A stretch of 62,391 nt of DNA, the filler included, from Nemertoderma westbladi (taxonomy: Eukaryota; Animalia; Xenacoelomorpha), in NCBI GenBank assembly GCA_032718475.1. It is 3 parts of 3 records of this genome, joined end to end, with 100 filler letters (N's around TTAATTAATTAA, not from the genome) between each part and the next. Parts side by side here need not be neighbours in the genome. Positions count along the whole stretch, not along the records: positions 1 to 21,901 come from JAUCBJ010002284.1; 2 more parts are not named here. One strand, 5' to 3'. A model generated the notes under the pieces. The model ran no database searches and had not been told where the DNA came from. It saw only the letters and a program-made list of their open reading frames with translations. A program made the position numbers and the translations under genes. The stretch's first letter is position 1, and each line of letters opens with the position of its first letter. Shown piece after piece: positions 1 to 12,324 of the stretch.

Positions 1-97
1 CACATTGAACGGCCTCCGGGTAGTGCACCGCTGTCTTACCGCTTCAATACCGCCAGACTAGTTTACCGCTCACGCACCGTTGGATGTGAACGGAGCT
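1..97. mobile_element. Right end of a PIF/Harbinger-like MITE (truncated by window start)
   Basis: Ends ...GGATGTGAACGGAGCT followed by TTA, resembling Harbinger TIRs with a TWA target site; internal repeated TACCGC motifs. Left end is not visible. Confidence 0.4.
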
Positions 98-149
98 TTA
101 CAGTTTGTTTTTAGTCCGTGATGTAAAGCCGGTCGTAGATCAATGAACA

Positions 150-1712
150 TTAGTTCGTTAGTGTTCGCTTATAATTAGGGTCGCGCTCTGCAATCCCAGT
201 TAGATAATCTCGTAACACAACGTCGTGTTTCAGCTTCGAGTCCGCGTCTAGTAGTCCCAGAGCGTCGGCTGTACTAAGGGAATCAATCAGTTGTTTCGGA
301 GCCATGGAAGCCGTTCTACTCCATGCGTTACAGATGTGTTTAATCGGGGATCCATCGAACAAACTAGACAGTTGAGAGACAGGGAAGTGGACCATCGCAA
401 TGCGCTCTCGGCCTTCTACCACCGTGTTGAACTTGTATGTGTCAGCGTCAGACATTCCGTACCAAGCGAGCAGTTCCTCCCCCGCTGGGACTGGGCGTAG
501 AGTCATCAAGTAGAGGGAGTCGCTCTCCCTGAAAGCGAGAAGATTCTGGTGCTGACCGAAGTTGGCGCAGTTGATGAATCGAGACCACGTAGAGAAGCGC
601 ACGTCCTCGCTATCCAATACTAACTTATCGGGTAGATTATTGGTTGCATACAGAGTCCAACTGTATCGTCCTTGATCCGTCTTCCTGCTATAATTAAACG
701 GTTTTACCAGACCACCGTAAGTGAACACTGTCCCGGCTGGTAACTCAGTTACTGCGAAGACACCTAGACCCGCGTTCGGTATACCTGACTGCTTCACCTC
801 GATGCCACGCGGGATACTGAGCCAAGCTCGGTCGATCATTCCAGGAATGGTTGGCGTCTCATACAGGGTGGTCAACTCACTTATATACACACTTGGATCT
901 TTGTTCTGTTTGTAATTGATATACTGCTGAATGTACAGGGAAGGGTTTCCCAACTCAGGGGCCATTGTGCTTTTCCACGAAATCAGTTCTTCTCCCACTT
1001 CTGTGCTACAGTTCTCCGACTCACCCCTGATGACATTGTCCCTCTCGCAGTTTCCCGAGATCGCGTGAACGAAGCGAGTGTCGGGCATGCGAAGTCGCAT
1101 ACTGCTGGTGGATTTGTAGGATGGCATAATAAAATAGGGGCGATGTTTGGTATATCCAATCCCGTACCACGCAAATAATTCTTCTCCTTTTGTAACATTT
1201 TTTACTGTTAAATAGTAAACGTGTTCGTTTTCGAGAATGGTTATTAGGTTCTGTTCTTCTTTGTAGTTGGCTGCGTTAATGTATCGCGCCCAGTTGGATG
1301 TGTTCGGGTCCTCTGCGTCCAACTTCATGGACACCGATTTGTTGTTGTATTTGTAGATCGTCCAGGAGTAGACTTTGCTCTTGATTAAGTTTGGGTCGTT
1401 CCATTCTCGAATGATTCCGCCGTATTGGAACAGGGTCCCTGGGGGGAGGTCCCGCGCTGCGAACGCTCCCAGTCCGGCTCCCGGGAGCCGCGATCTTCGG
1501 AGTTCAATGACCCCCGTCGGAGCCGTGAGCTTCGCCCGATCCGGCCCCAGAGGGACATCGTTATCCGGGATGAAATTTAATGTGCTAATCGTTAAACGCT
1601 CGGAGTTCTTTGTTTCTTTATTATAAACAGTTCCAGTAATAACAGTAAGGAGAAGAAACATTGAGACCAATCCCATTTTTTCAGTGTTTATTTGATATGG
1701 AATTAGCGGCAT
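150..1712 (-). CDS. Intronless protein with two tandem PR/SET (PRDM-type) domains, an N-terminal hydrophobic signal-like segment and no zinc fingers; likely start at Met 1676
   Basis: Two copies of PRDM motifs: AGLGAFA..LFQYGG..YSWTI..DAEDPNTSNWARYINAA..EQNL..VYYLT..GEELFAWYG and AGLGVFA..FTYGG..YSWTL..STWSRFINCA..QNL..GEELLAWYG. N-terminus MGLVSMFLLLTVITGTV; the ATG at 1676 is in an AAAATGG context. Confidence 0.85.
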   Translation of the reverse strand: MPLIPYQINTEKMGLVSMFLLLTVITGTVYNKETKNSERLTISTLNFIPDNDVPLGPDRAKLTAPTGVIELRRSRLPGAGLGAFAARDLPPGTLFQYGGIIREWNDPNLIKSKVYSWTIYKYNNKSVSMKLDAEDPNTSNWARYINAANYKEEQNLITILENEHVYYLTVKNVTKGEELFAWYGIGYTKHRPYFIMPSYKSTSSMRLRMPDTRFVHAISGNCERDNVIRGESENCSTEVGEELISWKSTMAPELGNPSLYIQQYINYKQNKDPSVYISELTTLYETPTIPGMIDRAWLSIPRGIEVKQSGIPNAGLGVFAVTELPAGTVFTYGGLVKPFNYSRKTDQGRYSWTLYATNNLPDKLVLDSEDVRFSTWSRFINCANFGQHQNLLAFRESDSLYLMTLRPVPAGEELLAWYGMSDADTYKFNTVVEGRERIAMVHFPVSQLSSLFDGSPIKHICNAWSRTASMAPKQLIDSLSTADALGLLDADSKLKHDVVLRDYLTGIAERDPNYKRTLTN

Positions 1713-2173
1713 TAAATGTGAGGCAGGTGTAAAATTGATTGTTGCCAGTTGCCACTGATTATTTTTTCAAATGTTTTAAAAAATTATTGTAAAGGCGAAA
1801 AGTGTTGACCTACCAAAAAACGATGCTTAATTTAAAGTGTTACAGTGTCAAATGGGGTGAAGTTATTGAACATTTGAAAGAAGCTCTTGATAAACACTAG
1901 ATGAGTTTTTCAGTGTTGAGTTATTTTTTATAAGTCTTATTGATTGCCCCAGATGTCAACATAGCATAATAATGATTGGCATTCTACATAAACCGCTGCG
2001 ATAACATTAACTAACCTTTAACAACATACAGTATACCTTAGATGAAATCATTGATTTTACTCTATGCTATTTATAGTTCGTAGATATATAGTATGTACAA
2101 GCATGGTCCGCCCCCGTCCAATAATGAACAAACTACATTGGTCACTAGTTTGGTTTTTCTAAAGATAGAGTTA

Positions 2174-2924
2174 CTAAAGTCCATTTCTTAAAATTAGGTA
2201 GCAGCTTATTTTTGGCCATAAATTAGCTTTAGTTTTGATCGTAGGGAGCTGACTCACTGTCCCTCTCTAGGTTCATTCTGTGCGGAATATAACGATTTTA
2301 TTCAAATCCACTTCCTATTTTATGATTTTATTATGTTTCTCATTCAAAAACGTCGTGGAAAAATGCAGCTTGTTTTTTTAATTGGTTCCAATATTTGAGT
2401 TTTAATAGATCAGTAATTATTACTGATACCAAAATATAGCTTGACTTTGACTTAACACATTTGTAGAGGTAACTTTCCTTAACGTTAATAAAACTATAAA
2501 AAGTTAATGCATAACTTTCCTTCAATATTCTTATATCAGGCAGTTATAGTTCCTTTATTGCTATAAAAAGCTTCTTTATAAAATTATTGTGGATATAAAA
2601 TCAATAAGATTTGGATACATTTGAGACGTAATTAACTATTGCAATGCCGCTAAATAATAAGCTCTAAGTTCTAGTTTTGAAACCAGCTAATATTGCTCTA
2701 TTAGAGTGAAAATTCTCGATTGTTGAAACATAATTTTAAACTTATGTGTTTTTTTAACAGCATTTTTAAATGAGAAAATAAAATAATATGACAAAATAGG
2801 AATTGGATTCCAATAAAATCGCTATATTCCGTATAGAATGAGCCCAAAACCAGCTCCCTTCGATTAAAACTCGCCGTTTTGGCCAAAAATAAGCTGCTGC
2901 CAAAATTAAAAAAAGGAACTTAAG
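2174..2924. mobile_element. MITE with ~45-bp imperfect terminal inverted repeats
   Basis: CTAAAGTCCATTTCTTAAAATTAGGTAGCAGCTTATTTTTGGCCA (~2174-2218) is the approximate reverse complement of TTGGCCAAAAATAAGCTGCTGCCAAAATTAAAAAAAGGAACTTAAG (~2879-2924). Confidence 0.55.
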
Positions 2925-2970
2925 TTTTTCCCTTTGATTATAAATGTAAATTCTCCGTTAATTATTGTAG

Positions 2971-3088
2971 ATTTCGACAACGTTACTTGGATATGATAAT
3001 CAACGAACACGTTCGCGATAAGTTCGTGACCCGAGCGCGAATACTTAACTACGTCAGGAGTTTCTTCGACAACCTTGGATTCTTAGAG
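2971..3088 (+). CDS. KARS1: Lysyl-tRNA synthetase, internal exon
   Basis: tag|A TTT CGA...TTA GAG|gtttgt; encodes (R)[39 protein letters not shown], the classic class II LysRS segment. Confidence 0.95.
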
Positions 3089-3538
3089 GTTTGTTTAAAT
3101 ACTACGGAGCTAACGGGTGGGTGTATAACGCGGATCCGGATTCGCGTTTTACTCTGACTCGGAGCTAACGAACGAGATATTATTGAGATAATTTATGTCA
3201 CTAGATGTGAGTACTTAACTATTTTATATCTGATCGCCGATCTTGTGATATGATAATGTGGCTTTCTGCTGGGTGAGTATAAGTAATCTGTCTGGTGGGA
3301 GTATTCAACCTTGGAAGTAAGAGTTATAAGCCTTTTCTGCCACTGCAAATATATCTTGTGACCTACCGTCTAACTTATGTTCAGTTTTTACGATAATGAG
3401 TTATTTAACCATAATGGAGCATTAGGGAGGAAATAATGTGGCGTCATTAAATTTCTATAAATAACATTATCTTATTAAAGTGTATTACATTTTTAGTTTT
3501 TTTCTGAAATAATAAATTTGTAATCAATTGTTCTTTAG

Positions 3539-3664
3539 GTAGAGACACCGATGATGAATATGATTCCCGGAGGGGCCGCGGCCAAACCTTTTGTAACTCA
3601 CCACAATGAGTTGAATATGAAACTCTATATGAGGGTCGCCCCAGAGTTGTACCTAAAGATGCTG
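3539..3664 (+). CDS. KARS1: Lysyl-tRNA synthetase, internal exon
   Basis: tag|GTA GAG...ATG CTG|gtaagt, phase 0/0; [42 protein letters not shown]. Confidence 0.95.
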
Positions 3665-4414
3665 GTAAGTTTACCTCACTGTTTGGGGATTGTGAATGTA
3701 CATAATGTGGGATTAAATTAAATTATCAGTATTTAATATGGTTTCAGTTACTGGCGCAAATTAATCGCAAACACCAATCTTATGTTTAGTGGGTTATGAC
3801 AATTTATTGAATTTAAAACAGGAAAGGAGCCACAGTAACCAAACGGTTACAGTGGCGTTTGGTTCTAACCAAAATAATAAACAAAACTTTATTTCATTAA
3901 TATGCATATGCAACCAATTTGCGCTGGAGATCATTTTTTTTCATTGCGGTCAATCTGCGATATAGTGTTTTATAAGGGCGAAATATCGGGATCCCTGCGA
4001 AAAATGTAATCCCGTCCCGATTCCGTCTTTTTTTTAAAACGGGATCCCGAAGTATAACTATGGTGAAGTAAATTTCTAGCATATTCGATTAATAGTTGCA
4101 CCAGAAGAAAAATGAATTAATTAATAACGAATTTGTATGTCAGTAAATCATCCTGTAATCAGCTATTAATTTATTGTATTATAACACCCGACGCCGTCAA
4201 TATTCTGAAAAACTTCAAGAAAATTAAATTCATCCCGAAGGGTCGCATCCCGTTTAATTCATCCCGAAGGTAATTTTATTATACAACACAATTTTATGAA
4301 ATCGAATTCATAATGTTATTTACTAAGTTGCGTAGAATAATCAGAGCTTGAATTTACTAATATTAATATTAGAGAGTCATAAGTTTATTTGCGGGTGAAT
4401 TTGAATGTTATTCG

Positions 4415-4470
4415 TTATTTCCTTCCCGGGGTCTTTATTTCCTTCCCTGGTTCCTTATTTCCTTCCCGGT
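4415..4470. repeat. Three ~20-bp tandem copies (TTATTTCCTTCCCGG..) overlapping the PEBP stop codon
   Basis: ttatttccttcccggggtct / ttatttccttccctggttcc / ttatttccttcccggt seen directly. Confidence 0.8.
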
Positions 4471-4592
4471 GCCACACACGTATAGTGGGATGAGGCGATG
4501 TATTCCCCTAACTCATTAGCCGCCGTGTACTCCGAGAGGTCGAACTTCTCGGGGAGTTCTCCAGATATCTCAGGGTTCGTCTGCTTGTATAC
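4455..4592 (-). CDS. PEBP-family protein, last coding exon
   Basis: tag|GTA TAC AAG CAG...AAA TAA; VYKQTNPEISGELPEKFDLSEYTAANELGEYIASSHYTCVAPGRK*; phase matches the preceding exon. Confidence 0.8.
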   Translation of the reverse strand, partial: VYKQTNPEISGELPEKFDLSEYTAANELGEYIASSHYTCVAPGRK

Positions 4593-4918
4593 CTAATGAG
4601 AAAAATTTGAATTTATTATTAAGAAATTTAATAAAAAATATATTCTAGAATCAGTTTCATATCCAGATCCATATTCATATCGCAGAATAATATTATGACT
4701 TATTATTGTAATTAATTAAGTTAATTAAACAGTAATCAACTGTCCGCCATTATGAACCCCGGAGACTAACAATGTAAAGGTTGTTGAATTGTAACTCAAA
4801 TATTAATTATAATTATCAGTTTTCGCAAGAAACTCTCCTTTCACTTTTGATATTTTAACTTACAAACCCGATCTCGCATTATTTATTGGATAACAAACAG
4901 CTGATATTATTGACTTAC

Positions 4919-5067
4919 TCTGAACTTGTATTTTCCGGTATCATCTGGGGTGGTCGGGGGCAGGTAGGCTACCAATTCCTTCGCATTGGCTACATCTGTT
5001 CCGGGAACGTTCACAACCAGCCAATGGAGGCCCGTTGCCACTATATCGTCCTCAATCTTTTCTGCTC
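4919..5067 (-). CDS. PEBP-family protein, middle coding exon
   Basis: cag|GA GCA...TTC AGA|gtaagt; (R)AEKIEDDIVATGLHWLVVNVPGTDVANAKELVAYLPPTTPDDTGKYKFR contains the PEBP hallmark HWLVVNxPG...Y.PP.P. Confidence 0.85.
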
Positions 5068-5409
5068 CTGCAATAATTATTATTCAGATAATATTAAATG
5101 ATAGTTAAACCAGATTAAGTTACAATTTTATTTTCCAATGGGGGGGGGGGGGGGGGGGGGGTGGGGGGGATTGTAAATATGTTGGACGTAAGCAGATGAT
5201 TTAACCTTTAAACGGCAGACATTTGAAAATCTAAATTCGTTGACTTTTTCTAAATCCCCCCATGGGCCAGGGCAGTGGCATCAATTTTATAGCATAATTT
5301 TTTTAACATAAAACTATCTTCAAATATTATTTTAACTTTATATTTTCTAGATTTCCTCACCCCTGTCTAAACATTTAATATTATAATAATAACGAATTAT
5401 GTAACTTAC

Positions 5410-5617
5410 TGTACATAACGGCTGCGTACACGGCGCCATCTTCTACATCCCAGCTGATAGTCGGGGCGTCAGCGAATGATTCGCACGTCGACACAGCGTC
5501 GCCTTTTACAACTTCCACGTCACCGTAACTAATAGCAATCACTGGTCTTTCTTCTTCTGGCAACGGTGTTGCTGTTGCCAAGGCAACAACGAAAACAACA
5601 CTCAATAGGATGTTCAT
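5410..5617 (-). CDS. PEBP-family protein, first coding exon with signal peptide
   Basis: MNILLSVVFVVALATA...APTISWDVEDGAVYAAVMY then A|gtaagt (phase 1, joins the 5067 exon). The joined protein is 164 aa. Confidence 0.85.
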
Positions 5618-5992
5618 TTTGATTAGTGTGGGTGAAAGTTAAATTTCTGCAAAATAATATTTGATTATTAATTTCCTTAAATATTGTTTAAAAGATTATT
5701 ATAATTGATGTTATTTTCGAAGAACAAAATGCAAAGCACTCAGCAAATAGTATTACATAATCAATGAGTAATTAGGACATATAACCCAAAGATTAAAATT
5801 ATAGACCATAGATCAGCATTAAGTATTTGCCCGTTAATTGACCAGTATTAAGTCGTGATTCAAGTGATACGGTAATCTGTAAGAATCGAATCAGCTTTTA
5901 TGGTTTAATAAAGAAAGAATCACCTTACACTCTAGTGAGTTGAAATATAATATATTTTAATTTATATTTTAAAAATAAACAACAAAACTTAC

Positions 5993-6065
5993 CTATATAA
6001 TAATAATAAAGTGTTCACAATGTTTCCTTTAGTAGTTTACTTGAATTACTGGGACTTTATAAATA
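5993..6065 (-). promoter_or_regulatory. Probable TATA box and 5'UTR exon of the PEBP gene
   Basis: Minus-strand TATAAAG at ~6062-6056, donor AG|GTAAGT at 5993/5992, acceptor gcag| at 5647 just upstream of the ATG. Confidence 0.45.
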
Positions 6066-6454
6066 AATGCTGTTACTTCAGTAACTCGCCCTGTATTTAT
6101 ATAATAATTATCCCTACTTCAGTTCCACCCCCGCACACTTTCTGATTATTAGCATCTGGACATTAATCTCGTAGTCGCTTGGAAATCCTATTCAATCTGG
6201 CTTCAATCAGCGTTGTCCCGCTCACCTTATGCTATTTAGTGGGTGAGAGCCTACTGGGGTGTCTGTTAAGTGTTATTTAGGGCGGCAGTGACCCTTTGGT
6301 GTATTATAAGTTGGTGTCGTTTGTGTATGATGTGAGATATATAGGGTCAACCTAACTATTGGTAACCACTTAACCCTATGGGGTGCGTGGTAGGGTGAAC
6401 AATCGGTGAGTATTACAATGTTAGAGTGAAGGGAGTCTTAGTGAACAGTCTACG

Positions 6455-7128
<674 letters not shown>

Positions 7129-8023
7129 TAATAATCAGCTGTGATTAATTTACGAAATAAATTATTGAAACGTCGGTTATGATGGTCATTTTATGGAATT
7201 AAAATGCTTCATTATACTTAAAAATTCGAGCAGAAATCTTTTCACACTTTTCATGGAAAAAAACGCACTTACTAAAAATATTTTTTAACATCTAAAATCA
7301 TTGTTATTTTTTGCAAAACAAATTATAGTGGTAGAATAAAAAATTACAAAAGCTTATCGATTTCCGACTGGGTCTGTCTACTGTCTGCCAAAATCGGACA
7401 GACCGACCGGCATACAGACAGATAGACACGATACCGTCGTTGTTTAGGTAGTTATCGTGTGTGATCTCTAATGTTTTGGAATCCTCTTCTACCCCGACCC
7501 CACCACCTGGTTTGGAAATCTGTTATTGTCACATAAATTCGAGTTACCCGCGTTTTACTTACCCGTTGGATAAAATAAAGTAATTTATGTTAACTTATAA
7601 TATTTTACAATGACTATAAAATTATGAAACGTATCGTATAATACTTCAACCATAAATAATCACATTATATTCATTACTTTATTTGATCGAATACACATGG
7701 AGGTTATCATGTATCAACTATTCTTTAATATTAGTTGCGGAAAATTCTCAACCAATCAAGAGTAATCACTCAATGGAATATGAGTCTAATAATAAACTCA
7801 GCTGATTCGCTTTTCTAAAAACACTTAGTCGATATATTCGTTCAAATAAAGTATTATTTAAAATATATGTTTCCTAAGAATATCGCTTCTTAATATGACA
7901 CTGACAGACTGACTGAGTTAATATTATCGTGGGAGGGGACAGTCAGTCGTAAAGTTGTTGAGGAATTATGTCAAATTATAAGCAGCGCGGTGATGACGTA
8001 TCTTAATAACTCTCTACGTGATG

Positions 8024-11000
8024 TCACACTTTACTTAGTGGCCCCGGTTCGTCGTCAGGGGCATCACGGGACCTTAGCAACAGCGTAGCGTTGCGTAGCG
8101 CCGGCGTCGCTTGCGGGAATTCCTCGCTGAGTTTCTCTACTATCGTAGTGAGCCGATGTTGTCGATCCATCTGTTTCTCGTACTGAGTTTCAAGAGCCGC
8201 CTCGGATTTACACGCCGATTTGTATTTCCCGCCCTTTAACGATTCGTAGTTCTTGGCTTTACGTTGCGAACTGATCAGCTCGTGGAGTTTAATTGCTTTA
8301 GATTCCTTGTAGCGTTGTAACTCCTCCTCCATAGTTTCGACGCGTTGCTGGAGCTTTAAACACTCCGATTGTCGATCCTCTAACTCGCTGGCCATCGCCG
8401 TGGCGTTAGACTTCATCTCCCCGCTACGGGCATCGCATTCGAGCGAATCCTGTTGCGTCTTCTTCACTTTCTTCCTAGTCTCGTCCATCTGTTTCCGGAG
8501 CGTTGCCTGACTCGGCAACGGGGGCGGCAGCTTCTGCGCCGCGATCTTGGACACGGCCTCCCCTCGGGTAATTATCGTGTCCCGTCGCGATACCGCTTTC
8601 TCCATGTCCTGGATCATCTTCTCTTGTTGCCGTAGCAACTGGTTGAGGCGCACCTCCATCCTGTGGATTTCTGATTTCATCGCCCTGATCTCGCCCTGTC
8701 CGGCATCCGAATCTATCGCCGATTTGGTTTCTCTCAACAGCTGCGTTTTCTTCTCCCAAAGCATAATGTGACGTTCCGCTTCAATTAACGTGTTTAATAA
8801 ATCCTCTTTCTCCGTCTGCAATCTATCAAATTCTTCCTGAAGTTTTATCGAATCCCTTTCAGCTTCTTTAAGGTTTCCTACAAAGTCGTTCTCTAATAAT
8901 TGATTTTCAGCTTGTAAGAACTCATTCTGGTTGGAATTCTTGTGAACCAGTTGGTTTAGTTTTAGCATATCATTCTGAAGGTGTCTTATATTCGCTTTAA
9001 TGTCATTTAGTTCTTTCTCTTGACTACCGATCTCCCCTAAAATTCTCAGCTTCTTTTGGCTCAGTACTATGAATTGTTTCTTCAACATATCTACCTCACC
9101 GGACCTCTCATCGCTCTCCTGACTCAGTCTCACCAGCTCCGCTTGGTCCCTCAACCAATGTTGCTGGGCATCTGATATCGCTTGTTGTTGCATCTCAATA
9201 GCTTTATTCAAAGCCTTTATCTCAAACTCTTGAGGGGACACTTCCTCACCTCCGGTAGAGCGTTTCAGCTGTTCGATCTTCTTATTAAGCTGATCGATTT
9301 CGTTTTGTTTTCTCTCAATGAAGGCATTTCTTTTTAATATTTCTTGTTCGCTTTTTCCTATTACCGAAATTTTATTGGCTATTTCCTTATTTTGTGTTAA
9401 AACTGCTGCTTCCAGTTTTTTCCGCTTCGTTTGAGCTGCCGACAATGCGAGTCCAGCTTTTGCCCCATCGTTTTCTATTTTAGCCATTGTTTCCTCCATT
9501 CCTTGAGTTTGTTTCCTTAGTTTATCTGTCTGTTTCTTTGTGTATTCGGCAGCTTTATCCATGGTCAACTGTGAACGTATTTTCTCTGTAATTGCATCTT
9601 CTAGTCGTTTTCTTTCTTGGTATTCACGTTCGATCTGTATCCTCAGCGTTGTCACCTCGTTTTCTCGCATGTCTTTCTCCGCTGCCGCTTTGGATATAGC
9701 CTGTTCTGTTTCTTGTAGAATGCGATTGTGCGTTGCATATTCCTGGCTCAGTAGTTCCTTGCGTTGTTGACTTGTATTGATGAGTTTCTTGGTTGTGGCA
9801 ACATCCGAATCTTGATTGTTGAGAAGTATTGTCAGCTTCTCATTCTCTTCGTGAGATTTATTTATGGATTTTTTGTAACCATCGATTTCTTGGTTGAGAG
9901 TAAGAATGTCTTCGTTCCTTAGCCTCAGCGCTTCCAGCATAGCGGCATGAGCCTCATCCCTCCTTCTCATTCCTATGATACTGCTGTTCCATTGCTGGTA
10001 CAACTGTTTCTTTTCATAGCTAATTGCTTCTATCTCCATCGCGGCCTCTGCCAGTGCCGTTTTAGCTGCTGAGGTTTCCTGGTTCTGGGCTGCGCGTTGT
10101 GCCTCGTACAGGGCGATCTTCTCTCTCAGTTTATCCGCGGTCTCTACCAACCGGTTCACGAACAGATCTTGCTGCTGTTTCTTCCCTTCAGCCGTGGTTA
10201 CATCGACTTCGGCTTTCTTTGCCGCGCGTCGCATCACTGCCACGTCACTTCGCACGTCCTCCTTCGCGTTGTCCATATAATAGAGACGGGTTGCAAGGTT
10301 CTCCACCTCTGTCTGCAGCTGAGCGATCGTGTCCCGCTGGGTCTGCACGTTGCCTTGCGTGTCCCGGTACAAACCTCGGCGATGATCCACCTGCTCTTCC
10401 GTCTCTACACGATGGTCCAAGGTTTCTGTGTACCGGTCGTGCAACTTCTCCAACTGGAGCTGAGCCTTGGCCAACTGCTGCTGGATTCCGTACATGTCTA
10501 TTCCGATGGTTTCTCGTTCATCCCGCTTTCTCCGGACTCCGTCGTTCAGGTCTCTGTAGGTCAACGTCGCCTTCTCCAACTGCTTTGTGAGGAGTTTCCC
10601 CAACGCAGCTTGGAAGCGTTCCATCAGCGGATGGTCGGGGTCCAGGACCACGAGTTCCGCGTCCGGTTCCGTCTCCTCTCGGAATGTTTCTTCCGGCTCG
10701 TCCAGTAGTTGGTCGAAGTCTTCCTCAGCGAGTTCTCCCATCGGCGCAGACGTCGGATGGGAACTCTCCACGGACAATCGTCCGCCCACATCGTCGGACG
10801 AACGACCAGCACTGGATGCCACAGGTACTCTCTCTTCCACTGGCTCTACTTCCCCTTCTGTGTCCTTAACTTCTTCTTCTACGACTTCTTCAGTTTTACG
10901 TTCCTCGTCGACGATTGATTTATCCGGTTCATTGCCCTCTGTCGGTTCTCCATCAGGTACATCTTCTCCTTTCTCTGCAACCTTATCTTCCCCTTCAACC

Positions 11001-11160
11001 TCACCTCCAACGTCGTCAGCTTTTCTACCATCTTCTTCGTCGACAGTTTCCCTAGTTTTATCTGCCGCATTCTCAATAGATTCTCCTACATTTTCAGCCG
11101 AATCTTCAGGGGGTTTATCTTCATCGGGTACATCTTTGGCTTCACCCTCGTCCATTTTAT
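8024..11160 (-). CDS. CCDC40: Coiled-coil domain-containing protein 40 (axonemal ruler), exon 2
   Basis: Acidic N-terminus, then LVVLDPDHPLMERFQAAL and a long coiled coil with EAERHIMLWEKKTQL..MKSEIHRMEVRL, characteristic of CCDC40. Acceptor ttttatag| at 11161. Confidence 0.9.
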
Positions 11161-12044
11161 CTATAAAATAAAAACAATTATTAATGAGTATCTATTTATG
11201 TTCTCATGAATTCGTATATAAAGTGTATATAAAAAGTTCAAATTCTAGCAATAAAGAGCAAATACGATATTATTTTTTTTTTAACAAGATACACTACAAT
11301 CGCGGTTAATGGCAATTTGATTATTACCGGCATTATAAATAAATTATCGTTTAATAAGATACAAGAAATAATATTTTAAAAATAACACGGGGTAATTATT
11401 AAATTATTATTTATACCATTATTTATTATGTTACAATGTGTTATGTTTAATTAGTATAAGGCATAAAATAACTTAAATTTGATTTGATTTTTACGCGAAT
11501 AAACGGCCTTCTTATCAATCATGTAGACAGGCAGACACACAAAGACCGGGCTAGAATTGCACAGAATTTAAGCGGAATGTACGTCGCGGGTTTTCGTAAG
11601 TAATGCTGAAGGGAATTAGGAAAATACCGGGTGGTTTTATTCCCTTTTTTATATTTTTTTTTACTACCGGTACGATTTTCTTACCGCCACAAACAACAGT
11701 GGTAAAAAATCGTGGTAAAATAACGGTCAAATTATCCCAACTAGTCACACCAAACCCTTGGGAGTGGGTAATGTATGTCGCAATCTCACTTTGCAACCTT
11801 ATAACAAGCTTTCCTATTTCTTTACATCACATATCAGACAGCGTGATTAGTAATCTAAATTGCTGTTTTCGTTATTGCTTTCCTATTTCTGTACTGAGTG
11901 GTGAGTTAGCGCTACATTTTCAAACTTAGCCTAAATAATGAAAATTGCAGCAGCGTATTACTGGCTACATGCTCACGGGAATAATGATGAAACCAGATTG
12001 AGATCCAGTTTTGGATCCATAAATACGATTAAACTTCGGCTAAC

Positions 12045-12192
12045 CTTTATTTTCATCAGAATTTTCTTCGCTAGGCTTATTTTCACTTTCTGTAGTAACG
12101 TCCTCCATTGCGGATTCGACTACATTTTCTTCCTTTTCATCGGCTACCGGTTGTGGTATACCGTTTTCATTGCCTGACTCTTGATCGGCCAT
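12045..12192 (-). CDS. CCDC40: CCDC40 probable first coding exon (not in ORF track)
   Basis: ATG at 12192: MADQESGNENGIPQPVADEKEENVVESAMEDVTTESENKPSEENSDENK G|gttag. Phase 1 joins AT AAA ATG at 11160 in frame; same acidic composition as exon 2. Confidence 0.8.
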
Positions 12193-12214
12193 ATTTTACA
12201 ATTTGTATTTATTC

Positions 12215-12227
12215 GTTACTTAGCAAC
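12215..12227. promoter_or_regulatory. RFX X-box upstream of CCDC40
   Basis: GTTACTTAGCAAC (reverse complement GTTGCTAAGTAAC), 22 nt upstream of the ATG of a motile-cilia gene. Confidence 0.7.
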
Positions 12228-12324
12228 ACGCGATTTACCTCTAGTGGGAGTGCCAAGCAACAAGATATACGGCGACTCTGATTGGGCACCTTAAAATGTA
12301 ATAGAATACTATTAATAAGTAACC

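Noticed and set aside
10097-11171. Plus-strand ORFs of 163-203 aa overlapping CCDC40
   Set aside because: Antisense shadows of a biased coding sequence; no recognisable domains.
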